Source: Candidatus Bathyarchaeia archaeon (GTDB lineage: Archaea; Thermoproteota; Bathyarchaeia; Bathyarchaeales; Bathycorpusculaceae). Taken from it: a stretch of DNA of 64,000 bases. Position numbers and translations under genes: made by a program. Positions 18,674 through 28,971 of the stretch are shown piece by piece. The stretch spans positions 288,001 to 352,000 of the forward strand of contig JBEKHN010000001.1 of NCBI GenBank assembly GCA_050012255.1, given 5' to 3'. The stretch's first letter is position 1. Every line of letters begins with the position of its first letter. The notes beneath the pieces were generated by a model. It was given only the letters and a program-made list of their open reading frames with translations. It did not search any database and had not been told where the DNA came from.

Positions 18674-18863
18674 GCTTGTTACCTAATTATCTTAGTGTCA
18701 AAACTCCACATATCCTTTTTCACCATGCTTTTATGCTTAGCCCATTCCAGTGTCCATGTGCATTCTTGTTCGACAGCTACACAATAAGATTTATTAAGAT
18801 ATCAGATATTCCCTCACTAGACATTCACAGACAAACCTAACTCTAAGCTTAGGAGAGCAACAC

Positions 18864-20828
18864 TTGAAAGGCCCCAATCGTCGCGGAAGATTCCTCTCAG
18901 TAATGAAGGCAAGCACCTTCTGGATTCTCACAGCTCTAGCCGCCCTGACTCTTGTCTCATCAGTGATCACGCGCAACGCCTACGGCGCATCGGCGGGGCT
19001 TGAGAACCTTCCAGGACCGTTTGTTTCTCCCAACGGAACTTTGAACTGCACGGTTGTTGTTGCTTCGAGTGTTGGGCATGGTCCTTGTGGCGGTGCGCAC
19101 ACGATGGACGTGATGGGCGCGATACTCGTAGGGGGCGAATTGGGCTTGAAAACCAACAACGGCAACGGCACATTGGAGGCAACAATGGACGACTACATTT
19201 CAACCTACAACTTCACTACTGCGACAGTTCAGCTTGGGGATCTTTCGTCAAATCTGATTGTGATCGGTGGCCCAGGTGTCAACCAGATAACGTGGTACTA
19301 CAACAACCTGAGGAACAGTAGCGGGGACAGAGTGTTACCTGTTTACTTCGGCAAGTTTCCCAACGGAACCGACTACATCTACGTAGTTGCTACTAACCAT
19401 TCCTACGCAATCGAACGCGACGGCCTGGGCAGGGTAGTAGCTGACTATGGTGTCATTTTGATGTTTCAGGACGGGAGTCGCTTTGTGCTTATCCTCGCCG
19501 GACTAGGCGGATCTGGCACCGCGGCTGCCTGCCAAATCATCTCGTCGTATGACAGTTGGAACCTTCACGGAGGCGCGGCGATCGTGAAGTACAGCGACAC
19601 GAACGGTGACGGATTGCTGGACACTCTTTCAGTCGTGGAAGAGACTTCTGGATCAATAAACTTGTATAATGTGGCTAACATCATGTCGTTCGGACTATTT
19701 TCGGCCGTGCTGCTGCCTAAATTGAAGGCTCTAGGGCGCAGGTTTCCATCCAAGCGTCGACTGTCGAGGCTTTTGATTGTGCTCTTCTTGTTGGCGGTAT
19801 CGCAGATCGCATTAATCGCTTTCTCAGATAGCTCGAGCCCTGATTTCTACACATTCAAGGAATTCTCACATCCATTCGTTTCCTCTGGTGGTTTGATGAA
19901 CTGCACCGCTGTTGTTGCTTCGAGTGTTGGGCATGGTCCTTGTGGCGGTGCGCACACGATGGACGTGATGGGCGCCATCATGGTCGGCGCTCGGTTCGGG
20001 ATGGATGCAACCGGAGGATCTTTGGCTTCAACTCTAGACGATTATATTTCATCCTACGATATCAACACGGGACAAATGAACTTCTCTTCTCTGACAAGCA
20101 ACCTCCTGGTCGTTGGCGGCCCAGGTGTCAACCAGATAACGTGGTACTACAACAACCTGAGGAACAGTAGCGGGGACAGAGTGTTACCTGTTTACTTCGG
20201 CAAGTTTCTTAACGGAACCGACTACATCTACGTGCCTTCAAGTGGTCACTACTACACGGTTGAGTATGACGCCTTAGGAAGAGTGAGTGCAGATTACGGA
20301 GTGGTAACCCTTTTTTACGACTCCACCCACGGCTGGTGGGTGCTGATTGCTGCAGGTCTAGGAGGAGCAGGGACCCTTGCGGCATCGAGTCTGCTGGCAA
20401 ACTATAGGAGTTGGAGCCTTTTTGGCCAGGCTGTTGTGGTCAAATATTCCGACACTAACGGAGACGGTTACCTGGACACCATAAGCCTTCCAGAGTTCGT
20501 GGGGGTTGGAAATAGTATAGACGTTTTCTGGGATTCTAATTGCCAAAACGCAGTTCAATCAATAGCGTGGGGAACTCTCACTCCAGGAGACACGAAGAGC
20601 GTGATAGTATATGTCAGGAATGAAGGGCAAGGAGGCACTGTTCTTGGCTTCAATCTCTCTGGCTGGACTCCGCTGACGGCTTCAAACTACCTGAGCATAG
20701 GATGGAACTATTCAGGAACCGTCGTCCAGTCTGGACAAATTGTGCCTGTCATGTTCACGTTGACAGTGAACTCGAGCGTTACAGGTGTTACTGACTTCGG
20801 AGTTAACATCACCATTAGTTCTGGTTGA
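18864..20828 (+). CDS. S-layer-like membrane protein with two duplicated extracellular domains
   Basis: Signal peptide; NLIVIGGPGVNQIT and ILAGLGGSGT motifs occur twice; two central hydrophobic segments. Confidence 0.75.
   Translation: MKGPNRRGRFLSVMKASTFWILTALAALTLVSSVITRNAYGASAGLENLPGPFVSPNGTLNCTVVVASSVGHGPCGGAHTMDVMGAILVGGELGLKTNNGNGTLEATMDDYISTYNFTTATVQLGDLSSNLIVIGGPGVNQITWYYNNLRNSSGDRVLPVYFGKFPNGTDYIYVVATNHSYAIERDGLGRVVADYGVILMFQDGSRFVLILAGLGGSGTAAACQIISSYDSWNLHGGAAIVKYSDTNGDGLLDTLSVVEETSGSINLYNVANIMSFGLFSAVLLPKLKALGRRFPSKRRLSRLLIVLFLLAVSQIALIAFSDSSSPDFYTFKEFSHPFVSSGGLMNCTAVVASSVGHGPCGGAHTMDVMGAIMVGARFGMDATGGSLASTLDDYISSYDINTGQMNFSSLTSNLLVVGGPGVNQITWYYNNLRNSSGDRVLPVYFGKFLNGTDYIYVPSSGHYYTVEYDALGRVSADYGVVTLFYDSTHGWWVLIAAGLGGAGTLAASSLLANYRSWSLFGQAVVVKYSDTNGDGYLDTISLPEFVGVGNSIDVFWDSNCQNAVQSIAWGTLTPGDTKSVIVYVRNEGQGGTVLGFNLSGWTPLTASNYLSIGWNYSGTVVQSGQIVPVMFTLTVNSSVTGVTDFGVNITISSG
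19055..20233 (+). repeat. Intragenic near-identical repeats: 19055-19120 = 19910-19975 (66 bp, exact); 19269-19384 ~ 20118-20233 (116 bp, 2 mismatches)
   Basis: Direct comparison of the sequence. Confidence 0.9.
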
Positions 20829-20919
20829 TACGCGTTAGAATTGGTATCATGATTCGTGATACATAATATTTAATACTCTTCTAGATGGAAAACGCTAGTG
20901 AACAGAGAGAACCTGCGGC

Positions 20920-22269
20920 TTGATTCACATGTTTCAACTGCGTCGATTGGCAATTAACATTCCAAAACGAGGCTATTTTGTGGCAGGATTGCTGCTTCGA
21001 CTGGTTCTAGCGCCCTTCCTGAGTCATCCATTTGATATGAGAGTCTTCATGGCGGTCGGTGTCGCCGTGTCTAGAGGGATGACTCCTTACGGTCAGTATG
21101 TCCTTCAAGACTTGTTCGCCGCAACGCCACATGTTCATCTCTATGGGACGTTTCAAGGCATAGGATACCCGCCACTTTGGGGTCTGATGAGCGGTGGCAT
21201 GTACATGCTGTCTTCAATCTTTGCTCCGAACAACCTGTATGCATACGTTCTTGCCCTGAAGCTTCCTGTAATAGTGGGAGAGTTGGCACTCGCCGTCTTA
21301 GTCTACAACATTCTGAAGACTCAGACCAACGACAAGATTGCCACGGCGGCCTTTCTCTTGTTCATCTTCTGCCCTTTCATAATGGTTGTGGGCACCGTTT
21401 GGGGCATGTTTGATGTCATTGCACTCGTTTTCGCTCTACTGTCTGCTTACGTTCTTCAACACGATTGGAAACTGTCTTCAGTTTTCTTGTCATTATCTTC
21501 TCTCCTCAAGCTCTTTCCCCTTGTCCTCGCCCCATTGTACTCCATTTTTCTCTACAAATCCACCAGGAGCCTGAAGCTTGCTGTCAGTTTCCTCGTATCC
21601 ACTGTTGCTATCACCGCTGTTTTCACACTTCTTCCGATGATCTTGTTCAATTGGCCAATTTCCAATATGTACAACGCTCTCACTTATCAATTAACGACAA
21701 CCAATCCTTCATATGACAACGCCGCCTCTTTTCCCTACGGGGCTGCGAGTCCGTTCAACGTTTTCACTCTTCTAAACAATCTGGCACGCAGCAGCATACA
21801 ACCGCTCGCGCTGTTGGTCTACATCTGGATCCCGGCATGCGTTGCGGTCTACATACTTCTTCTCCGTTCTCAGATGTCTGTTACGGTTAAGGAAGTGGGC
21901 GTAAGCACGGATTTTGCCATGATTGTGCAGTGGTCGCTGCTTCTTTTTCTAGCGTTGTTCACTACGCGGGCTTGGGTTTCTGAACAGAACCTCATCTTTC
22001 TTTTTGTCTTCTTCTCCCTAAGCGTTTTTCTACAGTATCGTAGGGAGTTGTACAAAGTACAACTGTTATGGGTGCTTCTGTTCATTTTTGTGCTGGTTCA
22101 TGTTGCCGCGATATCCTTCTTGTGGCTTCCGTTGCCTTGGACACTCAACGCAGCCAGCGCCTTCGCCGACGGCCCATTCGGATGGACTAGACTGCTTCTT
22201 ATGACTGTGTTAACCTTCAGTTGGCTTGCTCTGTGCTGGCACTACGTTGCCAAGAAATTGAGGTGGTAG
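20920..22269 (+). CDS. Multi-pass GT-C glycosyltransferase (GT87/PIG-M-like)
   Basis: HPFD, GYPPLW, LKLP, WGMFD and LLKLFP motifs; many TM helices. Confidence 0.75.
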   Translation: MIHMFQLRRLAINIPKRGYFVAGLLLRLVLAPFLSHPFDMRVFMAVGVAVSRGMTPYGQYVLQDLFAATPHVHLYGTFQGIGYPPLWGLMSGGMYMLSSIFAPNNLYAYVLALKLPVIVGELALAVLVYNILKTQTNDKIATAAFLLFIFCPFIMVVGTVWGMFDVIALVFALLSAYVLQHDWKLSSVFLSLSSLLKLFPLVLAPLYSIFLYKSTRSLKLAVSFLVSTVAITAVFTLLPMILFNWPISNMYNALTYQLTTTNPSYDNAASFPYGAASPFNVFTLLNNLARSSIQPLALLVYIWIPACVAVYILLLRSQMSVTVKEVGVSTDFAMIVQWSLLLFLALFTTRAWVSEQNLIFLFVFFSLSVFLQYRRELYKVQLLWVLLFIFVLVHVAAISFLWLPLPWTLNAASAFADGPFGWTRLLLMTVLTFSWLALCWHYVAKKLRW

Positions 22270-23426
22270 TGACGAGGGCCTTAACGCTTCTTTTGCATGA
22301 TGAGCGTTTCAGCGGATGGACGCCGAAAGACAAGCTTGTTCGCCAGCACTTTTCAACGCAGTATCTGCGCTTTTACAGGCAAAAAGGCGCAGACCCGATG
22401 CTATACACTTTTCACGAGCATGTCAAGTCTATTCAGGTTCACGAGCTGGATCGCGTAGGCTTGGTCAAGATTTTCCCTGTGAAGTTCCGCTTTCCGCCGT
22501 TTCTACGTTTCGGCAACGATCATAATCCAGAGTCTATAATGCGAGAAATGCTTCGTGACAAGCCAGATCTGGTGCACTTCCACCACTATTATCTGTTCTC
22601 GTTCCCTTACTTGGCCATATTTGTCAAGAAAAGGTTGAGACGACCTTTAATCGTACAACTTCACGGAGTCAACGACAATTGCACTCGAAAATGGTTCTAT
22701 CTACCATGTCTATTGGCGCTAAAGAACGCTGATAGGGTTCTCTACAGCTATGAGCCTGAGAAGCTCATCTACGAGAAGCTAGGGATTACGGATAAAGTTG
22801 TCAAGCTGCCTTTTCCAGGTGTTGATCCTGAAGTCTTCAAACCGCAGAAACGGTGCAGTTCGAATAGGTTACTTTATGTTGGAAGAATCCCAGATGCCGA
22901 AGCTGCTAGGGGTGAAAAGTCTCCATTTCTGCTAATTCGCATTTTTAAGAGACTGCTGCGACATGATAAGAATGTCTTGTTGGACATAGTAGGAGATGGC
23001 CCTGGTCTCTTTCGCAGTCGCGAGCTGGCCCAAAGTCTAGGGGTAGCTGACCGCATATCTTTCCACGGCTATGTTGATCACGATGATTTGCCCAAGTACT
23101 ATCATGCTTCAGCGTTGACTTTCTCTCCTATTCAGCTCTACGATGTCGATGGATGGATTGATGGTTCAATACAAGAGAGCCTTGCTTGTGGCACGCCAGT
23201 TGTAGCGCTAAGGGCATCAGCCAAAGCACGGCTGCGAGGAAAGTACGGGTTTCTGCTTTCGAACAACACAGAGAAAGCAGCCGAGGAACTTCACGGACTT
23301 TTGAAGGCTCCTGAAGAAATGAACCAAGTTGCGAGTGACGCGTCAAAGTTTGTGCGTGAAAACTGTTCCTGTGACCGAGTCGTCTCGGAATTAGATAGAG
23401 CGTTGGAGGGTGTGGTCAGAAATTGA
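22269..23426 (+). CDS. Glycosyltransferase family 4
   Basis: LLYVGRI, IVGDGP, ESLACGTPVV. Confidence 0.88.
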   Translation: MTRALTLLLHDERFSGWTPKDKLVRQHFSTQYLRFYRQKGADPMLYTFHEHVKSIQVHELDRVGLVKIFPVKFRFPPFLRFGNDHNPESIMREMLRDKPDLVHFHHYYLFSFPYLAIFVKKRLRRPLIVQLHGVNDNCTRKWFYLPCLLALKNADRVLYSYEPEKLIYEKLGITDKVVKLPFPGVDPEVFKPQKRCSSNRLLYVGRIPDAEAARGEKSPFLLIRIFKRLLRHDKNVLLDIVGDGPGLFRSRELAQSLGVADRISFHGYVDHDDLPKYYHASALTFSPIQLYDVDGWIDGSIQESLACGTPVVALRASAKARLRGKYGFLLSNNTEKAAEELHGLLKAPEEMNQVASDASKFVRENCSCDRVVSELDRALEGVVRN

Positions 23427-24343
23427 AGTTGAGCATAGCTGTTTGTGCTTATAACGAAGAAAAATCGATCGGGCCTTTGCTGCAGAACCTGATGGGTCAA
23501 AGAACCCCGGCTGAGGTTACTGATCGTGAAATCATAGTTGTAGCGTCAGGATGCACGGACAGAACTGTCGAAGTTGTCAAAGAACACATGAAGACTAATA
23601 CGAAGATTGTTCTCATTGAGGAGGAGAACAGGTTGGGAAAGGCGTCGGCGTTGAACAAGGCTTTTGAGGCTTCGTCCGGTGACTACATCGCCTTGGTTCC
23701 AGCAGATGTTATGCTTGCTGAGGGTGCCATGTTTAACCTGCTTGTTCCGTTCAGAGACAGCAGTGTGTCGGCGGTGAGCGGTCGTCCGATGCAGAATCCT
23801 TGGAAAGTGCCCAAGGGTTTTTCGGGCTACTTGGCCAAGATGACGTATAGGCTTTGGTCTAGGTTGATGAGGAGGCTAAATGATAGTGGTGAGATGGCTC
23901 ACTGCAGTGGCGAATTCATGGCTATAAGAAGCGGCGTCAAAACGGTCATCCCTGATGAATGTGCTGCCGACGATTCTTACATCGCCATCGCTGCCAAGAA
24001 AAAAGGTGTGATAAAGTTTGCTCCCAAAGCCGTCTGCTACAACCTTCTACCTTCGAACCTTGCGGATTACATAAACCAAAGAAGAAGATGGCTATACGGC
24101 CATTTTCAGACGAAGAAGATGACGGGCGAATATCCGACGGTGCTGGATACGATGGTCTTGTCAAAGCCCGGTGTCACTCTGCGAGTACTCGCTGAAGAGG
24201 TAGCTGAGCAGCCAAAGGACACGGGTTACTTAGCAACCGCCGTCATTGTCGAAGCGATCATATATCTGCTTTCCCTCTTAGACCGTCTGCTCTGTCGTCA
24301 ATGTGGCGTTTGGCCCGTAATCAGATCAACGAAGCCCGTTTAG
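23423..24343 (+). CDS. Glycosyltransferase family 2
   Basis: IAVCAYNEE, SGCTDRT, GKASALN, ADD, QRRRW. Confidence 0.9.
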   Translation: MKLSIAVCAYNEEKSIGPLLQNLMGQRTPAEVTDREIIVVASGCTDRTVEVVKEHMKTNTKIVLIEEENRLGKASALNKAFEASSGDYIALVPADVMLAEGAMFNLLVPFRDSSVSAVSGRPMQNPWKVPKGFSGYLAKMTYRLWSRLMRRLNDSGEMAHCSGEFMAIRSGVKTVIPDECAADDSYIAIAAKKKGVIKFAPKAVCYNLLPSNLADYINQRRRWLYGHFQTKKMTGEYPTVLDTMVLSKPGVTLRVLAEEVAEQPKDTGYLATAVIVEAIIYLLSLLDRLLCRQCGVWPVIRSTKPV

Positions 24344-24369
24344 ACTCGAAAGGTAATGGAGAGATCTGG

Positions 24370-25251
24370 ATGAGCAAAATCTGTGTGGTGATAGCCACAT
24401 ACAACGAGGCTGAAAACCTTCAGAGCCTGACTGCACAAATCGAGGAGGAACTGGGCAGCAGGAATTTCAGTCTCATAATTGTAGATGACAATAGTCCAGA
24501 CAAGACGGCGAGAGTCGCCGAAGAACAGAATCGCATTTATGGAAATGTCATCGTTAGAACTAGAGCGATAAAATGTGGCTTGGGATCCGCCATTCTAGAG
24601 GGGCTGAAGACAGCCCTTGATATGAAAGATGTCGAACAGGTAGTGACGCTAGACGGAGACTTATCCCACAATCCAAGGGAGATACCGAGATTGCTCCATG
24701 CCTCCCAAAAAAAGGGCTTGGTTCAAGGAAGCCGGTATGTTGAGCACGGAACGGTGATAGGCTGGGGCTTGAACAGAAGGCTGATCAGTTGCGGTGCAAA
24801 CTTAATCTGCAAATTGCTGTTGAGAACGTCGACCCAGGATTGCACCGGTAACTTCCGGGTCTATTCGCGGGAGTGTGCTGAGGCAATTGTGAATTCTACA
24901 GTAACCAAGGGTTTTGAATGGGTCGTTGAAGCCCTGCTGGTTGCCAAGAAGCATGGGTTTTTGGTCAGGGAGGTGCCCATCACGTTCGTGGGTCGTAGGG
25001 AGGGAAAGACAAAACTGAAAGCTTTGGAGATGCTGAGCTGGGCCATTTTCGCCACGAAAAGCTTGTTTTCCCTCAAACCTTTGAATCTAAACGCGTTGGC
25101 TCAGTCCAAGCATGCAATCCACAGGTCGTCAACCTTTACGGTAACTGCAGTTGCTCCTATCACTTCAGCTACGACATATACGCTTTCAAGAGCATCACCA
25201 GGCTTGAGTGACCAGGCCGAGTTGATGTGCTCAGTGAGATCCACTGAGTAG
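24370..25251 (+). CDS. Polyprenol-phosphate mannose synthase-like GT2
   Basis: VIATYNEAEN, VDDNSPDKT, LDGDLSHNP, GSRY, DCTGNFRVY. Confidence 0.88.
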   Translation: MSKICVVIATYNEAENLQSLTAQIEEELGSRNFSLIIVDDNSPDKTARVAEEQNRIYGNVIVRTRAIKCGLGSAILEGLKTALDMKDVEQVVTLDGDLSHNPREIPRLLHASQKKGLVQGSRYVEHGTVIGWGLNRRLISCGANLICKLLLRTSTQDCTGNFRVYSRECAEAIVNSTVTKGFEWVVEALLVAKKHGFLVREVPITFVGRREGKTKLKALEMLSWAIFATKSLFSLKPLNLNALAQSKHAIHRSSTFTVTAVAPITSATTYTLSRASPGLSDQAELMCSVRSTE

Positions 25252-25895
25252 TTCGTCCACTCGGCTAGATTCGCTTGACCCATTTTGTACTCGACTACGT
25301 CTCCGCCCTTGTAGACTATGTTGCTTCCAAACCTAGTGTTGCCGGATTGACACGCGAGTACCGTTGGGCTGTCCCAAAAATCCATTTCAGTGTACACGAC
25401 TGAACCGTTAGGCCGTTGGATTGCGCAGGCCAATGCGATCCGGAGCCATTCGAGACCCGACTCGCAATCGGCGGTGAGTACGTTGGCTCGGAAGCTCGCC
25501 GTAACCTGCAAGGGCTTTGACGTGTAAAGTGGAAGTTTCTCGTTTGATTTGAAGCTGGCTGTCCACCACGCACCGGTCGCAACGTGTCCCGCTTCGTTTG
25601 GGCCGGTTTTCAGGAATATCTCGGTCTCGTTATTGAAGGTGACTGTCCAGTTTGCGGTGTTCGTGAGCCCCGTCGAGTGGGTGTTCCAGTAGAGTCTGTT
25701 TTGTACTTCTGAAAGTGATACGTCTCCGTCGACGTTGATTATTCTGGCGGTGTCCACTGTTAAGGTTCGTTGCATGCGATTTCCCGTATCTGGGATTGGT
25801 TGGCTTGAAACCGAGCAGTTCACCAGTAGCAGAGCTGTCAACATTTCCAGAAGAATCACGATTGGGGTGTAATGCTTTCGCATTTTTCGTCCCAT
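25101..25895 (-). CDS. Hypothetical secreted protein (beta-sandwich-like)
   Basis: 264-aa ORF with an N-terminal hydrophobic signal. Confidence 0.65.
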   Translation of the reverse strand: MGRKMRKHYTPIVILLEMLTALLLVNCSVSSQPIPDTGNRMQRTLTVDTARIINVDGDVSLSEVQNRLYWNTHSTGLTNTANWTVTFNNETEIFLKTGPNEAGHVATGAWWTASFKSNEKLPLYTSKPLQVTASFRANVLTADCESGLEWLRIALACAIQRPNGSVVYTEMDFWDSPTVLACQSGNTRFGSNIVYKGGDVVEYKMGQANLAEWTNYSVDLTEHINSAWSLKPGDALESVYVVAEVIGATAVTVKVDDLWIACLD

Positions 25896-26351
25896 CAGTG
25901 TTTTTGCGTTGTACTGTACTCAGGTTGTACGGACATACAATATGTCCTAGGGCGAACCTATTCTACAACTAACAATGGTGAAAAGTGCCAATTAAACATT
26001 ATGTAAGCGTGTTGAACACATGTAGAGTTTAAACTCTTGGGAGGGTGCGCGGGCGAAATCACATCATAGATGGCCACTGCGCCGTGTCAGTCAAAGCTTA
26101 AGTCAGTGTTCAGCCTAGTGTTTTGTCTTGTACTGGCGTGTGCTTTATGCAATCGGCTTAGCGCGCGCGTACAGTCGCGTAGCGGATTGCGTAGAACAGC
26201 TGGAATATTGTTCTAGAACAGTCTACCGTATGTTTTATACTGTATCGTTTAAATATCGGAAGCCTGAAGACTAGTTGGGGTGGAGAAGAGAGAACGCGCT
26301 CATTGCGGTCTTGAGAATTCTTATCTGCTCCTAGTGAGGAGGGATTGACTA

Positions 26352-26738
26352 ATGGAAAGTGTGTTGAGCGAGGATGTGGTTTCGGAGGTTAGGAGTCAGT
26401 GGAAGCGGATGTGGAGGGAGCGGATTGATGATCGTGTTCGGGCGGAGGGTATCGCGCTTACGGATTATGATAAGTTGTTTGTTGAAAGGGGCACTGTGGT
26501 TTTGGCAACGAGGAGCTTTAAATTGCTGACCTTGCGCGAGATATTTGAGATGCACAAGGTTGAGAATATTGACCGCCTTGTTCAGCCGAGCCCGGAGGTG
26601 GGTGGATGGGGCAAGTTCGTACGGACTCATATCACAAGCGTCAAACTCGCACGTCAGAAAAGGGCTCAGTCGTTTGATTTGGACGAGAAGAAGCCGCAAC
26701 AGCTTAAGAAGGGCGGGCGCGGTTGGCTGCACATTTAG
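26352..26738 (+). CDS. Hypothetical protein
   Basis: 128-aa ORF with GAGGAGG RBS and upstream TATA-like boxes. Confidence 0.7.
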   Translation: MESVLSEDVVSEVRSQWKRMWRERIDDRVRAEGIALTDYDKLFVERGTVVLATRSFKLLTLREIFEMHKVENIDRLVQPSPEVGGWGKFVRTHITSVKLARQKRAQSFDLDEKKPQQLKKGGRGWLHI

Positions 26739-26820
26739 ATCAAGTGTTTGATTTTTAGCTTGTCGTGGTTCTAGGTTACGTTCTCTTGTTCAGCGTAAAC
26801 CTGATTTAGGAGAGAGGATT

Positions 26821-27177
26821 TTGGCCAAGTATAGACGCAGGTTCGACATCATAGCGGACATGGTTCGCGTTGCCAGCTCCGGTGCAAAGAAGACAAAGAT
26901 CATGTATTTTGCTAATCTAAGCTATCTTCTGTTGAACAGGTATTTGGACGATGCTTTGCACACGGGGCTCTTGCGTTTCAACGGAGAAAAGTATACGACG
27001 ACGAGAAAGGGCGGAGCTTTCTTGGAGCGGTACAATGATTTTCAAAGCAGATATTCTCGAGTGAACGCTGATTTGGAAGAATTGAAGTCCGAGGCTGAGA
27101 CGTTGGAGAGGATGTGTCGTTCGCGGCGCTTGAACAATAGGAACGCGAAGAAGAGTAGGTCTACGGCGCTGGTTTAG
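26821..27177 (+). CDS. Winged-helix regulator (HTH_45-like)
   Basis: RRRFDIIADM...KKTKIMYFANLSY..LNRYL...YTTTRKG. Confidence 0.85.
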   Translation: MAKYRRRFDIIADMVRVASSGAKKTKIMYFANLSYLLLNRYLDDALHTGLLRFNGEKYTTTRKGGAFLERYNDFQSRYSRVNADLEELKSEAETLERMCRSRRLNNRNAKKSRSTALV

Positions 27178-27351
27178 CTTGTTTACACCTTATGCTCGGA
27201 TTTTTTGCGGTGAGGGTCTTTGGCTCAATTTTGCGTAAAGTTTAAGTTAGGCTTCAGGCAAGGTAGAAGATTTTTATAGAACAAGATTCCTGATTGATTT
27301 AAATTGGTCGCAGTGAGGAGTATCCATAGAATTTGAGCAGCTGTAGCGGTA

Positions 27352-28065
27352 TTGGTGAATCAATTGTTAGGGGAAGGCCATCGAGGCGCTGTGCTAGCGA
27401 TTATTGCCGCTCTCAACGAGGAAGAGGGCATCGGGTTTACGATAGCGGAGCTGCGCCAGTATTTGGAAAATGTGCCTGTTCTTGTAGTTGATGGGCACAG
27501 TGTGGATCGTACTGTTGAGGTGGCCAAGAAGTTCGATGCTGAGGTTGTTTTTCAGGAAGGAAGGGGCAAGGGGAATGCTGTTGCCAAGGCGATTGAAGAA
27601 GTTGATTATGATCCGCGTTATGTTATTCTCACTGATGCAGACTTCACTTATCCTGCTGAGTATGTTCCGAAAATGTTGAGTGTTCTGGAAGAGAACTCGG
27701 ACGTGGGTATGGTGGCTGGAAACAGATTCAACTCACATTTTCACTTGAAAGGGATGAGGAACAGATTCTACGTTGGAAACAGGCTCTTGGCTTTCACGCA
27801 TAACCTTTTCAACGGAGTTGGCATGCGTGATCCCCTGACCGGGTTAAGAGTGCTTCGCTGGGAAGTTCTAAAGGGTTGGAAGCCTAAGTCCAAGGGTTTT
27901 GATGTTGAGGTTGAGTTGAACCATCTCGTCGAGAACAAGGGCTTCACAATCGCCGAGGTGCCGATTCATTATAGGGATCGGCTTGGCGAGAAAAAGTTGA
28001 AGCTTAGGCATGGGTTCACGATTTTCAATAGAATACTTGCTGAGAGCGTGCGCGAACGAGTCTAA
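27352..28065 (+). CDS. Glycosyltransferase family 2 (DPM1-like)
   Basis: AALNEEEGI, VDGHSVDRT, DADFTYP, GNRF, DPLTG. Confidence 0.9.
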   Translation: MVNQLLGEGHRGAVLAIIAALNEEEGIGFTIAELRQYLENVPVLVVDGHSVDRTVEVAKKFDAEVVFQEGRGKGNAVAKAIEEVDYDPRYVILTDADFTYPAEYVPKMLSVLEENSDVGMVAGNRFNSHFHLKGMRNRFYVGNRLLAFTHNLFNGVGMRDPLTGLRVLRWEVLKGWKPKSKGFDVEVELNHLVENKGFTIAEVPIHYRDRLGEKKLKLRHGFTIFNRILAESVRERV

Positions 28066-28268
28066 GAGACTCGAACTAAAAGAGCACGCGCGCCTAACCT
28101 CTTTGTCGTCCGGGACTTGATATAATGTGGCTATTTTTCGTTATCCTCGCAGAGGGTGCTAATTCTTGAACGGCCTGTCTGATCTGATGTTATGTTTCAA
28201 TTTGAGCCTTCAGCCATTCGAGAAGACTATTCCTTGCCATTCTTTGCCTTGGGCAATCATTTTTTCCT

Positions 28269-28457
28269 TTATTCTTCCAGAACCTTGGGATTCTCTGCGA
28301 CTATGACTGAGAAGATTGGAGCGGTTTTTTCTGGCGGTGGTTCCTTTCTTTGCAATGTGCTTTTGGAGCCCATGTAGACAAGGCTCCATCCGACTAGCCA
28401 GAAGAGCACTGCAGCGGGCAGGAGTAACAGAATGACCGCTTTGTTGCGAACGCGCAT
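28269..28457 (-). CDS. Small membrane protein
   Basis: MRVRNKAVILLLLPAAVLFWLVGWSLVYMGSK, single TM segment. Confidence 0.55.
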   Translation of the reverse strand: MRVRNKAVILLLLPAAVLFWLVGWSLVYMGSKSTLQRKEPPPEKTAPIFSVIVAENPKVLEE

Positions 28458-28971
28458 GTTTCTAGGCGGCCTCAACGTAATGCCTGGCCAGAACTTCGCG
28501 GAACGAGGAAATAAGCGTTATTGACACGTAAATATGTCATTGCTCATTGAGAACGGTTTGTTTTCGTTTTTGGGTGAAAGGTTGATGTCTGAAGCGAAAC
28601 ATTTGGAGCTTTGCACGAAGGTTGGAGTTGAGGTGGTTGGGCGCGACAAATATGAAAGAGAAAACGGAGGCAAAGGATCCAAGACCAAGAAGTCTCGTGT
28701 CTTTCTAAAATTCATTCTGAAGGTGTTGCAAGTTCGCTATGTGCAATTCCGTACCATACTGGCCACCCAATACTATTTTATAAGCAAGGCTAATCATTTT
28801 AGGGGACGAAGGTTTAGGAAGGAGAAGGAAGGAGAAGAGAAATGAGTTTGAGCAAAGTTTTTGAATTGGATCCTGCAAACATGGACGATTGCCCTAGAAG
28901 CGCGCGCTAAATGAGTCGCTGTGAAGGTTAGATTCAGAGTTTGAGAAGCTCAAATGTTGCTGGTGCACTGA

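Noticed and set aside
19055-20233. Diversity-generating retroelement TR/VR pair
   Set aside because: The mismatches are not adenine-specific and there is no reverse transcriptase in the window; the same applies to the 202-bp GT2 repeat.
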